Shown here piece after piece: positions 1 to 11,295 of a DNA stretch of 64,000 nt. Under the pieces are notes generated by a model, which was not told the origin of the DNA, searched no databases, and saw only the letters and a list, made by a program, of their open reading frames with translations. The position numbers and the translations under genes are program-made. The stretch lies in IMG/VR virus record IMGVR_UViG_3300044732_000293, positions 1 through 64,000 of that record; one strand, written 5' to 3'. Position 1 is the stretch's first letter; each line of letters starts with the position of its first letter. Source of the stretch: a virus.

Positions 1-2
1 AC

Positions 3-182
3 GATCAGGTGTTAATCTTGCACAATGTGCCTCGTTTTAACAACCCTTCTAGCACTTTTGATAATGATCAGTATTTGATCGTAGTTCACGTACCAGCTGG
101 TACTTCAACTAGCTCAATTACTAACTTCATTGCATCTAGTGCAAGTGCGGCTGGTAATGCAGTAACTTTAGAGACTGTATAA
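3..182 (+). CDS. 3' end of a probable virion (capsid-region) protein, partial
   Basis: Open frame from the window edge to TAA at 180-182: ...HNVPRFNNPSSTFDNDQYLIVVHVPAG...LETV*. Followed by a strong terminator, as expected for a highly expressed structural gene. Not in the ORF track. Confidence 0.55.
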   Translation, partial: DQVLILHNVPRFNNPSSTFDNDQYLIVVHVPAGTSTSSITNFIASSASAAGNAVTLETV

Positions 183-200
183 TCTATTTACTCTATAGAC

Positions 201-236
201 AAAAGGGAGGAACCAAAAGTTCTTCCCTTTTTTGTT
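201..236 (+). terminator. Rho-independent terminator
   Basis: AAAAGGGAGGAAC-caaaa-GTTCTTCCCTTTT hairpin followed by a U-tract. Confidence 0.85.
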
Positions 237-259
237 TTGGAGAAGTCCAAAAAAATGTT

Positions 260-310
260 TATATTATTTATGTAGACTAAGTCTATTTCTATATTAAATT
301 TTTAAAGTTT
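260..310 (+). promoter_or_regulatory. Putative phage promoter box TATATTA-N3/4-TGTAGAC plus palindromic box AAATTTTTAAAGTTT (296-310)
   Basis: The same box recurs at 24776, 30881 and 44273, always intergenic and upstream of a start codon. Confidence 0.6.
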
Positions 311-316
311 ATCATA

Positions 317-871
317 ATGGCTACCAAACATCAGCTAAGTTTAGAGCTACCAGAATCTAACAATATTAAGGTTTTCCGTGTATTTGACACCAGTATTTAT
401 GCTGAGGGTATGACTATTGATTGTGGTACACTACGTATAACTTCACCTGGTTTTAACTTGCCAGTATCTATAGAAACCCTACCTAACTTTAACTTAGTAC
501 TTTCTGCATGTAGCTTAGGATTACAAAGAAGTTTTTGTGGGGAAAATTTTCAGAATATTCCAGATGGTATTTATGTGATTAACTATTCAGTATCACCTAA
601 CTCATCTGTATTTGTTGAGTATAATCATTTAAGGACTGCTCAAACTATGAATCAGTATTATAATATTTTAGCTTCTTTAGAATTAGCTGCTTGTGATCCA
701 GAACCTGAGATCAAAGAAAAGCTTGCTGAGTTAAGAATGATAAAAAGTTTTATTGAAGCAGCTAAAGGTAAAGTGGAATACGCTCATGAGCCTGAAGCAG
801 GTATGGAATTATTTGGTTATGCTAAAAAAAGATTAAGTAAATTAGTAAGCAGTATGGCTTGCTATACTTAA
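317..871 (+). CDS. Virion structural protein (head-tail region), 184 aa
   Basis: ORF with a beta-rich N-terminal part and helical C-terminus; lies between the capsid-region gene and the fibre genes. Confidence 0.5.
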   Translation: MATKHQLSLELPESNNIKVFRVFDTSIYAEGMTIDCGTLRITSPGFNLPVSIETLPNFNLVLSACSLGLQRSFCGENFQNIPDGIYVINYSVSPNSSVFVEYNHLRTAQTMNQYYNILASLELAACDPEPEIKEKLAELRMIKSFIEAAKGKVEYAHEPEAGMELFGYAKKRLSKLVSSMACYT

Positions 872-876
872 CTTTG
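869..876 (+). promoter_or_regulatory. Bacteroidota-type -7 promoter element TAACTTTG
   Basis: Exact TAnnTTTG ending 22 nt before the ATG at 898; no clear -33 TTTG. Confidence 0.4.
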
Positions 877-897
877 TAATTATAAAAACCAACATAT

Positions 898-1092
898 ATG
901 AGAACATGTACTAACTGTGGCTCTCAAATTACCTGTAGTTGTCAAGACAGAGTAGCCACTGATGGAAAAAAAGTTTGTGGTAGCTGTATTGTAAGCTATG
1001 AACAAAAATTAATTGCACAAAGAAACTTAGATAGTCAGCAAAATGGAGAGATCCAAGCTAGTCTTACTATGGATGAAAAATTTAACTCTTAA
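898..1092 (+). CDS. Small Cys-rich (Zn-finger or disulfide) protein
   Basis: CTNC...CSC...CGSC in 64 aa. Confidence 0.6.
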   Translation: MRTCTNCGSQITCSCQDRVATDGKKVCGSCIVSYEQKLIAQRNLDSQQNGEIQASLTMDEKFNS

Positions 1093-1103
1093 CTAAAAGA
1101 TAG

Positions 1104-1703
1104 ATGAAGAACTTCTTATTTCATAAAACAAAACATACTTTAAACTATGCTGATTCTGTTTACAGAAAGTTTAAAGAAATTAGATATGGTATAAGTTCTT
1201 GTAAGCCAGAATTAGAATCTGACTTAATATTTATGAGAAAAGAGTTAACTGATTGGCAAGCTTTTGATGATGCAGGTGCTTTAACAACATCTAATTTACA
1301 ACATCAAACTTGGTTACCAGTAGAGTATGATCACAATATATACTTACATGGTGGTCATGGTTATTATATGACTAATGAAAACATTGGTCCACAAAGATTG
1401 GCTATTAACTATCAAGTTAGCGGTGCACCTGACACAAGTGTTATTCAAGTAAATGCTCATGGAGCTATTACTAGAATTAATCTTAGTCCGGCTATCACAA
1501 TTAATAATAACATGTCTTATGTATACACTCAAGCTGCTCCTGCATTAGTATGGATGGTTGAGCATAAAATGGGCTTTAAACCTAGTGTATTTACAGAAGA
1601 TGCTTCAGGAACTGATATACAAGGTGTTATTGAATATGTTGATCTTAATAACTTAAGAATTACGTTTAATCAACCTGTTGCAGGAAAAGCATACTTATCA
1701 TAA
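1104..1703 (+). CDS. Tail/fibre-associated structural protein
   Basis: C-terminal beta domain (YTQ..WMVEHKMGFKPSV..GKAYLS) paralogous to the C-terminus of the next ORF. Confidence 0.6.
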   Translation: MKNFLFHKTKHTLNYADSVYRKFKEIRYGISSCKPELESDLIFMRKELTDWQAFDDAGALTTSNLQHQTWLPVEYDHNIYLHGGHGYYMTNENIGPQRLAINYQVSGAPDTSVIQVNAHGAITRINLSPAITINNNMSYVYTQAAPALVWMVEHKMGFKPSVFTEDASGTDIQGVIEYVDLNNLRITFNQPVAGKAYLS

Positions 1704-2230
1704 TGGCATTACAGAAGATATATATAGACTATGACTTTAATAAGAATAGTATTCTTAATGCTAAGTTACAACCTGTAACTACTGCAGAAAGAAATACGTT
1801 AGGGTCTGGTTATAATTCTAACGATGCTGGTATTATCGTATATGACACTACATTAAAAATGGTGTACTCATGGGACGGTAATGAATGGGATCAAGTAAGT
1901 TTATCCGATACTCAACTTGCTCAAATAGCTGAGGCTTTTAATAAAACAGTAGTTGATATTACTGTAACATCTGATAATGAGAATAGAACTATTATTCTTA
2001 CATATAGAGACACACTTTCTATACAAGAGACTTACAAGTTTTCTCATATTCATACTCAAACGGTTTCATCTTCTACATGGAGCATAACACATAATTTAAA
2101 TAAATACCCATCTGTTTCTGTAGTTGATTCAAGTAATGAAGAAGTTATTGGGGAAGTACAACATATTAATTCTAATTCATTAACAGTTAAATTTTCTGCA
2201 CCATTTAGTGGGAAAGCATTTTTAAACTAA
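1703..2230 (+). CDS. Tail/fibre-associated structural protein
   Basis: YDTT..WDGNEW module plus HTQ..WSITHNLNKYPSV..GKAFLN domain; TAATG stop/start coupling with the upstream ORF. Confidence 0.65.
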   Translation: MALQKIYIDYDFNKNSILNAKLQPVTTAERNTLGSGYNSNDAGIIVYDTTLKMVYSWDGNEWDQVSLSDTQLAQIAEAFNKTVVDITVTSDNENRTIILTYRDTLSIQETYKFSHIHTQTVSSSTWSITHNLNKYPSVSVVDSSNEEVIGEVQHINSNSLTVKFSAPFSGKAFLN

Positions 2231-2246
2231 TTATAATACAAATACT

Positions 2247-3458
2247 ATGTCTAAAAAGTTTTTAACCAATCTGGACCTCACACAAAACCAGATTTTAAAC
2301 GTAGCGGTTCACAACAAAGTTGGTCCACCGTCTAGTCCAGTAGTTGGTCAAATCTATTTTGACACTACTCCTTCAGTTTTAAGAATGTTCTTCTGGGATG
2401 GCACCGCATGGGTGGATATGTCAGGAGATATTCAAGACGTTCTTGGTGGTGCTGGTCTTACAGCATCTACATCTGCTAATGGTGATGTAATTACATTAGA
2501 TGTAAATGTAGATAATGCCACTATTGAAATTGATTCTGATAGTCTTAGAGTTAAAGATCTTGGTATTGTTACTGGCAAGTTAGCTAACTCTGCAGTTACT
2601 ACTGTAAAGATTAATGCTAATGCTGTAACTTTTGATAAGTTACAACAAGTTGCTAATCTAACAGTAATTGGTAATGTATCTGGTGCTACAGCTAATCCAG
2701 CTGAAGTTAGCATTATCACAGATATGGCTAACTCTAGTTCTACTACACTTGCTACATCTACAGCAATCAAAACTTATATTGATGCTAACGTAGGTAGTCT
2801 AGGTAACTTAGAAGGAGCATGGGACGCATCTAGTGGTTCATTTCCTGTAGGATCAAGTCCAGTTGCTGGCACTAAAGCTGGTGATTACTGGTATGTATCT
2901 ACAGCAGGTACAACAGGTGGTGTTGCATTTAATGTTGGTGACGTAATTGTTGCTAAAAGTAATAATGCTTCTACATCTTCTGCTGCTGACTGGATTCAAT
3001 TAGAAGTTAATAGAGATCAAGCTACTACAACTGTATTAGGATTGGTATTTCTTGCTACAAATGCAGAAACACAAACTGGTACAGACACTGTAAAAGCAGT
3101 AACACCTTCTGCTTTATCTTCTAGAACAGCTACAGAAACTCGTACAGGTATTGCAGAAATTGCAACTGATGCTGAGTTAACAGCTGGTACAGATGATACT
3201 AGAATTGTTACTCCTTTAAAATTAAAGACTTATTTAGATAACAGAACTGGTGGTTATGCTGCAAACATTGGAGGTGCTGGCACTTCTTATGCTTTATCAC
3301 ATGGCTTAAACACTGTTGATGTAATCGTGATGGTTAAAGATAATACTACATTGGAAGAAGTTATTACAGATGTAGTTATTACAGATGCTGCTACAGTAAC
3401 TGTAAGTTTTGCTACAGCACCTTCTGCTAATGCGTATCGTGTAATCATCAAGAAATAA
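2247..3458 (+). CDS. Tail fibre / fibre-base protein, 403 aa
   Basis: GQIYFDTT..WDGTAW module, AVTTVKI repeats, and AT.T..G...AT.AE...GTD....VTP fibre repeats. Confidence 0.7.
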   Translation: MSKKFLTNLDLTQNQILNVAVHNKVGPPSSPVVGQIYFDTTPSVLRMFFWDGTAWVDMSGDIQDVLGGAGLTASTSANGDVITLDVNVDNATIEIDSDSLRVKDLGIVTGKLANSAVTTVKINANAVTFDKLQQVANLTVIGNVSGATANPAEVSIITDMANSSSTTLATSTAIKTYIDANVGSLGNLEGAWDASSGSFPVGSSPVAGTKAGDYWYVSTAGTTGGVAFNVGDVIVAKSNNASTSSAADWIQLEVNRDQATTTVLGLVFLATNAETQTGTDTVKAVTPSALSSRTATETRTGIAEIATDAELTAGTDDTRIVTPLKLKTYLDNRTGGYAANIGGAGTSYALSHGLNTVDVIVMVKDNTTLEEVITDVVITDAATVTVSFATAPSANAYRVIIKK

Positions 3459-3468
3459 TAAACTCTGA

Positions 3469-6400
3469 ATGAAATTTCTATCTGACATACTAGCTAAAGC
3501 TGGTCTGACAGTAGATGGTGTAGTTACACTTAACAATACTGCTACTGGTCAGACTCCTGATGCTAATGACAATTCTACTAAGTTAGCAACCACTGCGTGG
3601 GTTAGAACTTTCGTTCAACCTTATAGTCTACCTATTGCCTCAGCTAGTGTGCTTGGAGGAATTAAAGTAGGTGCAGGATTATCTATTAATCCTAGTACAG
3701 GTGTTTTATCAGCATCAGCAGCAGGAATTAGTACAAGAGATATTTGTACATTTATAGCAACTGCTGGTCAAACTACTTTTTCTTGTTCTTACACTGTAGA
3801 TCAAGTTGATGTTTTTTACAATGGTTCTAAACTAGGTGCTTCTGAATTTACAGCAAGTAATGGAACAACTGTAGTTTTAAACACAGCTTGTAAAGTTGGA
3901 GACTATCTAGAAATTGTTTCTTGGGTAGCTGGTGCAGGTTTATCTTCTAGTAGAACAATTACTATTAACGGGGTTACATACGATCTTACTGCAAATAGAT
4001 CTTGGTCTGCATTACCAGTTGGTGGTGTAGCTGGAGATATTTTAGCTAAAGTAGATGGTACTGATTATAATGCTACATGGATTCCTAATTATACAAGTCA
4101 GGTACAACATTATGTAAAACTTAGTGCTACAATGACTGCTGGTACAGCGGTTTATGTATCTGGTTCTACAGGAGGTTCAGGTACAAATATGATTGTATCC
4201 AAAGCATCCAATGCTTCAGAAGCAACTTCTTCTAAAACATTAGGTCTTCTTAAAACAGGTGGTGTTACAAATGATGAAGTGTTTGTTGTAACAGAAGGTT
4301 TACTTGCAGGTTTAGATACAAGTACAGCTAATGCTGGTGATCCAGTATGGTTAGGAACTAATGGAGGACTTATATTTGGTTTATTAAATAAACCTACAGC
4401 TCCAGCTCATTTAGTATTTATTGGTGTTGTTACACGTGTACAATCAAATAACGGTGAGATTTTTGTAAAAGTACAAAACGGTTTTGAGCTAGATGAGCTT
4501 CATAATTTATCTGTAGCTAGTCCATCTGATGGTGACATGATTAAATATGTAGCATCTACAGGTTTATGGACTAAGATTGCTGCATCAACTACTAATATTG
4601 TAGAAGGTACGAACCTTTATTATACTACTGCTAGAGCAAATACTGATTTTGATACAAGACTTGCTACTAAGTCTACTACTAACTTAGCTGAGGGCACTAA
4701 CTTATACTACACGGATACACGTGTAGGTACATATCTTACAAATAACTCTTACGCTACTCAAACTTATGTAAACACAGCAGTTTCTAATTTAGTAGATGCT
4801 GCTCCTGGTACATTAGATACATTAAATGAGTTAGCGGCTGCCCTTGGGGACGATCCTAACTTTGCTACTACAGTGGCAACAAGCATAGGTACAAAAGTTC
4901 CAAATACTAGAACGATAACTATTAACGGAACAGCATACGATTTATCTGCTGACCGTTCTTGGACTATAAACTCTATGGTATATCCTGGAGCAGGTATTGC
5001 GGTTTCTACAGGTTCTGCATGGGGTACAAGTATTACAAATAATTCTACAAATTGGAACACAGCTTATGGATGGGGTAACCATGCTTCTGCTGGTTATCTT
5101 ACAGGAATTACAAGTAGTCAAGTTACTACTGCATTAGGTTTTACACCTTATAATAATACAAATCCTTCTGGCTATATTAGTTCTTATACAGAGACTGATA
5201 CACTAGCAAGTGTTACTGCTAGAGGAGCTAGCACATCTACTAGAACGACATTTACTGAAGTAGGAGCAACAAGAGAAGGCTCTGATAGTGTTGCTGTAGG
5301 TCCTTGGTTTAGATGGACAAATGTTGCTGAAAGTAGACAAATGCTTACTCAGTTAAATGCAAGTTTTGGATTAACAACTTGGGCATATAACGGTTCTGCT
5401 TGGTTATCTGCAATGACATTAACACAAGGAGGTGTATTAAGTACATCAGCAAGTATTAATGCAGGAGATAGTATAACTTTACAGGGAGAATTATATTTTG
5501 GTAGTGCAAATTCAAATAGATATTTTAGATTAGTAAAATCAGGAACTGCAGAATCTGCAGGTGTTTTAAATTATCAATTTTATACTGGTTCAAGTTGGGT
5601 AACAAAATCTACATTAAACAATAGTGGTAATGTAACCTACGCAGGAACATTGACTACAAGTGGAACAATAACGAGTAATGGTGGGGCGGCTCATTCTATT
5701 GCAGCAACATCATCTCAAAGATATATTATACAAGCATTAAACACTTCAAATAGCATTAACTCTGTATATGGTTGGTGGTGGTTTCATAATACTAATGGTG
5801 ATATGGGATTCCATGCTGATGGAGTAGGAGACATATTAAATATTACAAGAGGAGGTGGAGCAACTATTAATGGTAATACTATTTTAACAGCAGGCAACTA
5901 TAGTTCTTATTCATTACCACTTAGTGGTGGTACTATGAGTGGTACACCTATATTTACTGCTGCTTGGAGCAATGCTAGTGGAGATTATACAGGAATAACA
6001 AATCCAGCTTATAAAGTTGATGTAACTTCTGGTTATTGGAGAGTTGTTTATAAAGGAGCCCATTCATCAGTTAGTGGTGTATATAATTTTGAAACTGGTA
6101 AGAATGTTTATTGGGGTGAGCCTACTGACACAGGAGATTATATATTTAGAGGTAGGACTATGAAATGGGCGGCTAGTAATGGATCAGAATATGTTCTTTT
6201 ACATGCTAACAACTATAATTCTTATTCTCCAACTTTAACGGGTGTTGGTGCATCTGGTACATGGAGTATTACTGCAACAGGTAACGTTGTATCAAGAGGT
6301 ACAAGTTGGAATGATGGAACAGTAATAGGAAACACTGTTGGAATGTTAGCATGGAAGAACTATGGTAACGGCCACGTTATTTTTGATGCTTCTCAAAGTA

Positions 6401-8064
6401 CTTCTCCTAGTGGAACTTCTGTAAATAATACAAATCCGCAAAATAACTGGACTGCTACATATCCTACATTAATGGGATGGAATGGGTCTGGTACATATGG
6501 TGTAAGAGTAGATTCAGCAAGAGTAGCTGATAGTTCTGGTTCAGCTAGCTCTGTTCCTTGGACAGGAGTGTCAGCAGGAAGAAGAACTAACTATGATCTT
6601 GAGTTTCAACCTGCCGTTAATAATTATGCAGGATTTGCTTTCTTTGGTACTAACAGTTCTAATGCAGGATATTTTCTTATAAGAGGTGGAGCAGATAATG
6701 ATGTTTATACTGAAAATGGAATTACTTTAGTAGCTGATCAAGGTTGGTTAACTTTAGCTCAAAGAACTACTGCTAGTAAGGGTGTTAGAATTATGACAGG
6801 TTCTAGCACTTCTGCTACAAGAATATCAATTACAGATTCTTATAGTACTTTTAGTAATAATATTAAATTTGCAGGGTCTACTAACAATGCTTACTTAGGT
6901 AGTAGTGATTGGGGTTTTAGAGTAACTAATGATAACGGATATATCCAATTTGGTCCTGCTAATAATTCTTGGTCTCATATATATTCAGATAAGTCTTTTT
7001 ACTTTAACCAAGAGTTATATGTAAATGGTCAACAAGTAATTCATTCAGGAAACATAGGTTCACAATCTGTAAGTAATGCAACTACTGTTGGTAGTGTAGG
7101 TATTGGAAATATTGTTAGAAAAGATACGACAGGTCAATATCTTAGAGCTTATTATCAATATGGTAGTTATTTAACTTCTGAAACTCCTCAGAATTTAGTA
7201 GATCAAGGTATACAAGGTGGAGGACTAAGAGTTGATTTTATGCACCCTAGTTATACAGGTAGTGGTGGTTGGAATCATGTTATAACATGGTCTGGTTATA
7301 ATGGTTATAATATGTATCAACTTGGAGGACATTATGACGGTGGTACTGGAACTGATCTTTGGGTAAGGTCTGAAGCAAATCATGGTCTAAGTTCTTGGAC
7401 ATCTTGGAGAAGACTATTAAATAGTTCAAATTATTCTTCCTATGCTTTACCTTTAAGTGGAGGTACTATGTCTGGACCTATAAGAAGAAGTGGTCATGCT
7501 TCTACTTTTTTTGAAGGTTCTTATAATAATGTTGGAGGAAACTCTGATAAAACTAATCCAATATATACTATTGGTAGTGCTTATAATCCATCAGATAGTT
7601 CATTAGGAAGTATGTATGGTATTGGTTATGCCCATCCTAATTTATGGGGATCTGGAAAAACTAATGGTTGGGGGATGTATGTTTGTAGTGCTGGTGTAAT
7701 AGATGTAACAATTGGTGGAGATGGTGGATCTACATCAATATGGGCTAAAACAGATATAGTAGCGTATTCAGATGCTAGAGTAAAAGAAAATGTAGAAGTA
7801 ATAGAAAATGCTTTAGAAAAAGTTCAGGCTATACGTGGTGTTACTTTTACCAGAAATGATGTAAAAGATAAAACAAAACGTAGTACAGGAGTAATAGCTC
7901 AGGAAGTATTAACTGTTTTACCAGAAGTGGTTAGTGGTACAGAAGAAGATATGTATTCTGTAGCTTATGGAAATATGGCAGGTTTATTCATTGAGGCTAT
8001 CAAAGAACTTAAAGCAGAGAACGATGCTTTAAAAGAAATATTAAAACGTAATAATATTATATAA
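3469..8064 (+). CDS. Long tail fibre 1 with C-terminal intramolecular chaperone (Peptidase_S74-like), 1531 aa
   Basis: G/S/T-rich; APGTLDTLNELAAALGDDPNFATT fibre motif; YSDARVKENV autocleavage site followed by GVIAQEV and a terminal coiled coil. Confidence 0.9.
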   Translation: MKFLSDILAKAGLTVDGVVTLNNTATGQTPDANDNSTKLATTAWVRTFVQPYSLPIASASVLGGIKVGAGLSINPSTGVLSASAAGISTRDICTFIATAGQTTFSCSYTVDQVDVFYNGSKLGASEFTASNGTTVVLNTACKVGDYLEIVSWVAGAGLSSSRTITINGVTYDLTANRSWSALPVGGVAGDILAKVDGTDYNATWIPNYTSQVQHYVKLSATMTAGTAVYVSGSTGGSGTNMIVSKASNASEATSSKTLGLLKTGGVTNDEVFVVTEGLLAGLDTSTANAGDPVWLGTNGGLIFGLLNKPTAPAHLVFIGVVTRVQSNNGEIFVKVQNGFELDELHNLSVASPSDGDMIKYVASTGLWTKIAASTTNIVEGTNLYYTTARANTDFDTRLATKSTTNLAEGTNLYYTDTRVGTYLTNNSYATQTYVNTAVSNLVDAAPGTLDTLNELAAALGDDPNFATTVATSIGTKVPNTRTITINGTAYDLSADRSWTINSMVYPGAGIAVSTGSAWGTSITNNSTNWNTAYGWGNHASAGYLTGITSSQVTTALGFTPYNNTNPSGYISSYTETDTLASVTARGASTSTRTTFTEVGATREGSDSVAVGPWFRWTNVAESRQMLTQLNASFGLTTWAYNGSAWLSAMTLTQGGVLSTSASINAGDSITLQGELYFGSANSNRYFRLVKSGTAESAGVLNYQFYTGSSWVTKSTLNNSGNVTYAGTLTTSGTITSNGGAAHSIAATSSQRYIIQALNTSNSINSVYGWWWFHNTNGDMGFHADGVGDILNITRGGGATINGNTILTAGNYSSYSLPLSGGTMSGTPIFTAAWSNASGDYTGITNPAYKVDVTSGYWRVVYKGAHSSVSGVYNFETGKNVYWGEPTDTGDYIFRGRTMKWAASNGSEYVLLHANNYNSYSPTLTGVGASGTWSITATGNVVSRGTSWNDGTVIGNTVGMLAWKNYGNGHVIFDASQSTSPSGTSVNNTNPQNNWTATYPTLMGWNGSGTYGVRVDSARVADSSGSASSVPWTGVSAGRRTNYDLEFQPAVNNYAGFAFFGTNSSNAGYFLIRGGADNDVYTENGITLVADQGWLTLAQRTTASKGVRIMTGSSTSATRISITDSYSTFSNNIKFAGSTNNAYLGSSDWGFRVTNDNGYIQFGPANNSWSHIYSDKSFYFNQELYVNGQQVIHSGNIGSQSVSNATTVGSVGIGNIVRKDTTGQYLRAYYQYGSYLTSETPQNLVDQGIQGGGLRVDFMHPSYTGSGGWNHVITWSGYNGYNMYQLGGHYDGGTGTDLWVRSEANHGLSSWTSWRRLLNSSNYSSYALPLSGGTMSGPIRRSGHASTFFEGSYNNVGGNSDKTNPIYTIGSAYNPSDSSLGSMYGIGYAHPNLWGSGKTNGWGMYVCSAGVIDVTIGGDGGSTSIWAKTDIVAYSDARVKENVEVIENALEKVQAIRGVTFTRNDVKDKTKRSTGVIAQEVLTVLPEVVSGTEEDMYSVAYGNMAGLFIEAIKELKAENDALKEILKRNNII

Positions 8065-11000
8065 TGGGTAATACTAGAAATACAGGCTATTTACAGAACA
8101 TCGTATTATATGATGCAAATGATAATATAACATTACCTGCAAGACTTGCTGTTACTGGAACTGTTTCTGTTAATAACACTACTCCTTATGATACTACCCA
8201 GTTTTCATTAGATGTTAATGGTGGATTGATAGTAAAAAATATTAACAAGACTGCTCAGTTTGTTTTAATAAATTCTAATCCAGCTTCTGGTGGTAATAAC
8301 GCATTTGTTGTTCATACCGTTGGTGGAACATCAGCTTCTTCTTATGCAGATATTCAAGGATATTATGGTACATCTATAGCAGGCAGTACTGTTCTTAGAT
8401 TAAACCCACAAGGCGGTAATGTACTTGTAGGGAGTCTTGCCGGAACAGGAAGCAGAATGGTGGTAGCTAGTTCTACAGGAGTTTTATCAACACAAGCTAT
8501 AGTTACATTAGGTGACCTTAGTGGTGTTTCTACTGCTAGAACAATTACAATTAATGGCACTACTCAAGATCTAAGTGCAAATAGAACTTGGACTCTTTAT
8601 ACAGATGATATTTCTGAAGACGGTTCACCTGTAAATCTTTGGTTTACAAATGCTAGAGCTAGAGCTGCAATTAGTGTAACTGGTTCAGGATCATATGATT
8701 CTGCAACAGGTGTAATTACAGTTACAGGAGGTGTAACAGCTGTTAATACAAAAACAGGAGATGTAACATTAACTACTTCTGATATTACTGAAGGAACAAG
8801 ATTATACTATACCGACACAAGAGTTGGAACATATCTTACTAGTAATAGTTATGCAACTCAATCTTATGTAACTACACAGATAGCTAATTTGGTTGATTCA
8901 GCACCAGGAACTCTTGACACACTTAATGAACTTGCTGCAGCTTTAGGAGATGATCCTAACTTTGCTACAAGTGTTGCTACATCTATTGGGACGAAACAAG
9001 CTCAGCTTAATGGCACTGGTTTTGTAAAAATAAGCGGAACCACTATAAGTTATGATAACTCTACCTACTTAACCTCGTTTACTGAGACAGATCCTATATA
9101 TGTAGCTAGTTCATGGTATAGTACAACTAATAACGCCTCTAACTGGAATACTGCATACGGCTGGGGTAATCATGCTAGTGCAGGATATTTAACTACTAGT
9201 TCTGCAGCTAGTACTTATGCTTCTCTTACAGGAGCTTATGCTAATCCAGCTTTTGTAGCATCATTGGCTTATTCTAAATTAACTGGTGTACCAAGTACAT
9301 TTACTCCTTCTTCTCATACTCATGCAATATCTGAAGTCACAGGATTACAAACAGCGTTAGATGGTAAGCAAGCTTCTCTTGGTTTTACTCCTTACAATGC
9401 TACCAATCCTAGTGGTTATATAACCTCTTCATCATTAAGTTCTTATGTACCATACAATGGTGCAACATCCTTACTTAATTTAGGTGTATATGCTATATTT
9501 AGTGGAAATCATTATATAGATACACCTGCTGGTATTGTAATGTTTAAACATGGAGTTGGAACAACTTTAGCAAATTCAGGTTATTCAGGAATTGGTCCAT
9601 CAGGAACAGATGGTATGCAGTTGTCATTCAATGGTACAGCTAACACTATTATATTTAGAAACAATTTACTTTCTACAGGTAGAATTTATTCTTTACCTAA
9701 TGCTTCAGGAACATTAGCATTAACAAGCGATATTCCAACTAACTTAAATCAGTTGACAAATGGACCAGGATATATTACTTCTTATACTGAAACTGATACT
9801 TTAGCTTCTGTTACGGGAAGAGGAGCTTCTACATCAAGTAATGTTACTTTTTCAGGAATAACAAGATTAGGTAGCTCTGGTTATAATACATACATTAATG
9901 GTGGGTTAATGCTTAGAGATTATGGTAATAGCTCATTAACAAATGGTAGGTTTTATTATCAAGATGATGCATGGCATTTTAGAGGTGGTGGTGAAGGAGA
10001 AGCTGATGTAACGTCAGATACTGAAATGTATATTAGAAATGGAAATATTGAAAGATTAGTTATACATGCAGGAAATATTGGTTCTCAATCTGTAAACTAT
10101 GCAAACTCAGCTGGTTCTGCGGGTTCTGCTGGTACTGCAGATAATATAGATGGTTGGAGTTTTGTTAATACAGGAAGCAATAGTGGCACAAATGCTAATA
10201 CTATTGCAAGTAATGGTATTAGTTATGCAACATCAAATGTTAATTTATTTGGACAAACAGATGGAGCTCTTTATTCTCAGGCTTATAATTCAGATTGGCA
10301 ACATCAAATATATGGTGATTATAGAACTGGACAATTGGCGGTTCGTGGTAAGCAATCTGGATCTTGGACTGGATGGAGAACTATAATTGATTCTTCTACT
10401 ATTGGATCTCAGTCTGTATCTTATGCAACTACTGCAGGTTCTGCTGGTTCAGCATTTGGTATGGGTTATGATGGTAATGCTATATCTGGAATGGGGCCTA
10501 TATCAACATGGGATTCTAGACCTGGTGTTGGTATGGCTGGTTTTGGTATTAGCTGGCATACTGGTGTATCTATTTCAGGATATCCAGGATATGGTGGTGT
10601 AAGACTTTATTCAGCAGGGTATCCTACACATGCTTCTTCAGTATTAAGACTTGAGGCTTCTACAGCCGTTTATACATTTGGTGGGTTATACTCAGATGGT
10701 AATGCTGTTATACATGCTGGTAATATTAGTTCTCAACCAGTAGTTACAATTCAAGATGCTCCACCATCTGGTTCTGCAGGTAGATTATGGTGGGAAAGTG
10801 ATACTGGTAAATTAAAAGTTTACTATGGTAGTGCTTGGGTTGATGCTACTCCTATTCCAGATTCATCTCTTTTCTTTGCTAAAGCAGGAGGATCTATTAC
10901 TGGAGATGTATCAATTGGACAAACTCTTAACGTAGTAGGAAACACACTTGTTCAAGGTAACATTAATGCGTTTGGTGATATAACAGCTTATAGTAGTTCA

Positions 11001-11294
11001 GATGCTAGATTAAAAGATAACATTACTGTTATTGAATCACCACTTGAAAAATTATCTAAAATAAACGGTGTATCATTTAACTGGAATGATAAACAATCTG
11101 TATATGAAGTAGGTGCAAAAGACTATGGGGTTATTGCACAAGAAGTTGAAGAAGTATTACCTGAACTTGTAACTACAAGAGATAATGGATATAAAGCTGT
11201 ACGTTATGAAAAAATAGTATCTTTGTTAATAGAAGCAATTAAAGAGCAACAAACTCAGATTAATAACTTAACTGATAAACTTAACAAGTTATAA
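8064..11294 (+). CDS. Long tail fibre 2 with S74-like chaperone, 1076 aa
   Basis: Same fibre modules as fibre 1; SSDARLKDNI...GVIAQEVEEVLPELV C-terminus. Confidence 0.9.
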   Translation: MGNTRNTGYLQNIVLYDANDNITLPARLAVTGTVSVNNTTPYDTTQFSLDVNGGLIVKNINKTAQFVLINSNPASGGNNAFVVHTVGGTSASSYADIQGYYGTSIAGSTVLRLNPQGGNVLVGSLAGTGSRMVVASSTGVLSTQAIVTLGDLSGVSTARTITINGTTQDLSANRTWTLYTDDISEDGSPVNLWFTNARARAAISVTGSGSYDSATGVITVTGGVTAVNTKTGDVTLTTSDITEGTRLYYTDTRVGTYLTSNSYATQSYVTTQIANLVDSAPGTLDTLNELAAALGDDPNFATSVATSIGTKQAQLNGTGFVKISGTTISYDNSTYLTSFTETDPIYVASSWYSTTNNASNWNTAYGWGNHASAGYLTTSSAASTYASLTGAYANPAFVASLAYSKLTGVPSTFTPSSHTHAISEVTGLQTALDGKQASLGFTPYNATNPSGYITSSSLSSYVPYNGATSLLNLGVYAIFSGNHYIDTPAGIVMFKHGVGTTLANSGYSGIGPSGTDGMQLSFNGTANTIIFRNNLLSTGRIYSLPNASGTLALTSDIPTNLNQLTNGPGYITSYTETDTLASVTGRGASTSSNVTFSGITRLGSSGYNTYINGGLMLRDYGNSSLTNGRFYYQDDAWHFRGGGEGEADVTSDTEMYIRNGNIERLVIHAGNIGSQSVNYANSAGSAGSAGTADNIDGWSFVNTGSNSGTNANTIASNGISYATSNVNLFGQTDGALYSQAYNSDWQHQIYGDYRTGQLAVRGKQSGSWTGWRTIIDSSTIGSQSVSYATTAGSAGSAFGMGYDGNAISGMGPISTWDSRPGVGMAGFGISWHTGVSISGYPGYGGVRLYSAGYPTHASSVLRLEASTAVYTFGGLYSDGNAVIHAGNISSQPVVTIQDAPPSGSAGRLWWESDTGKLKVYYGSAWVDATPIPDSSLFFAKAGGSITGDVSIGQTLNVVGNTLVQGNINAFGDITAYSSSDARLKDNITVIESPLEKLSKINGVSFNWNDKQSVYEVGAKDYGVIAQEVEEVLPELVTTRDNGYKAVRYEKIVSLLIEAIKEQQTQINNLTDKLNKL

Positions 11295-11295
11295 G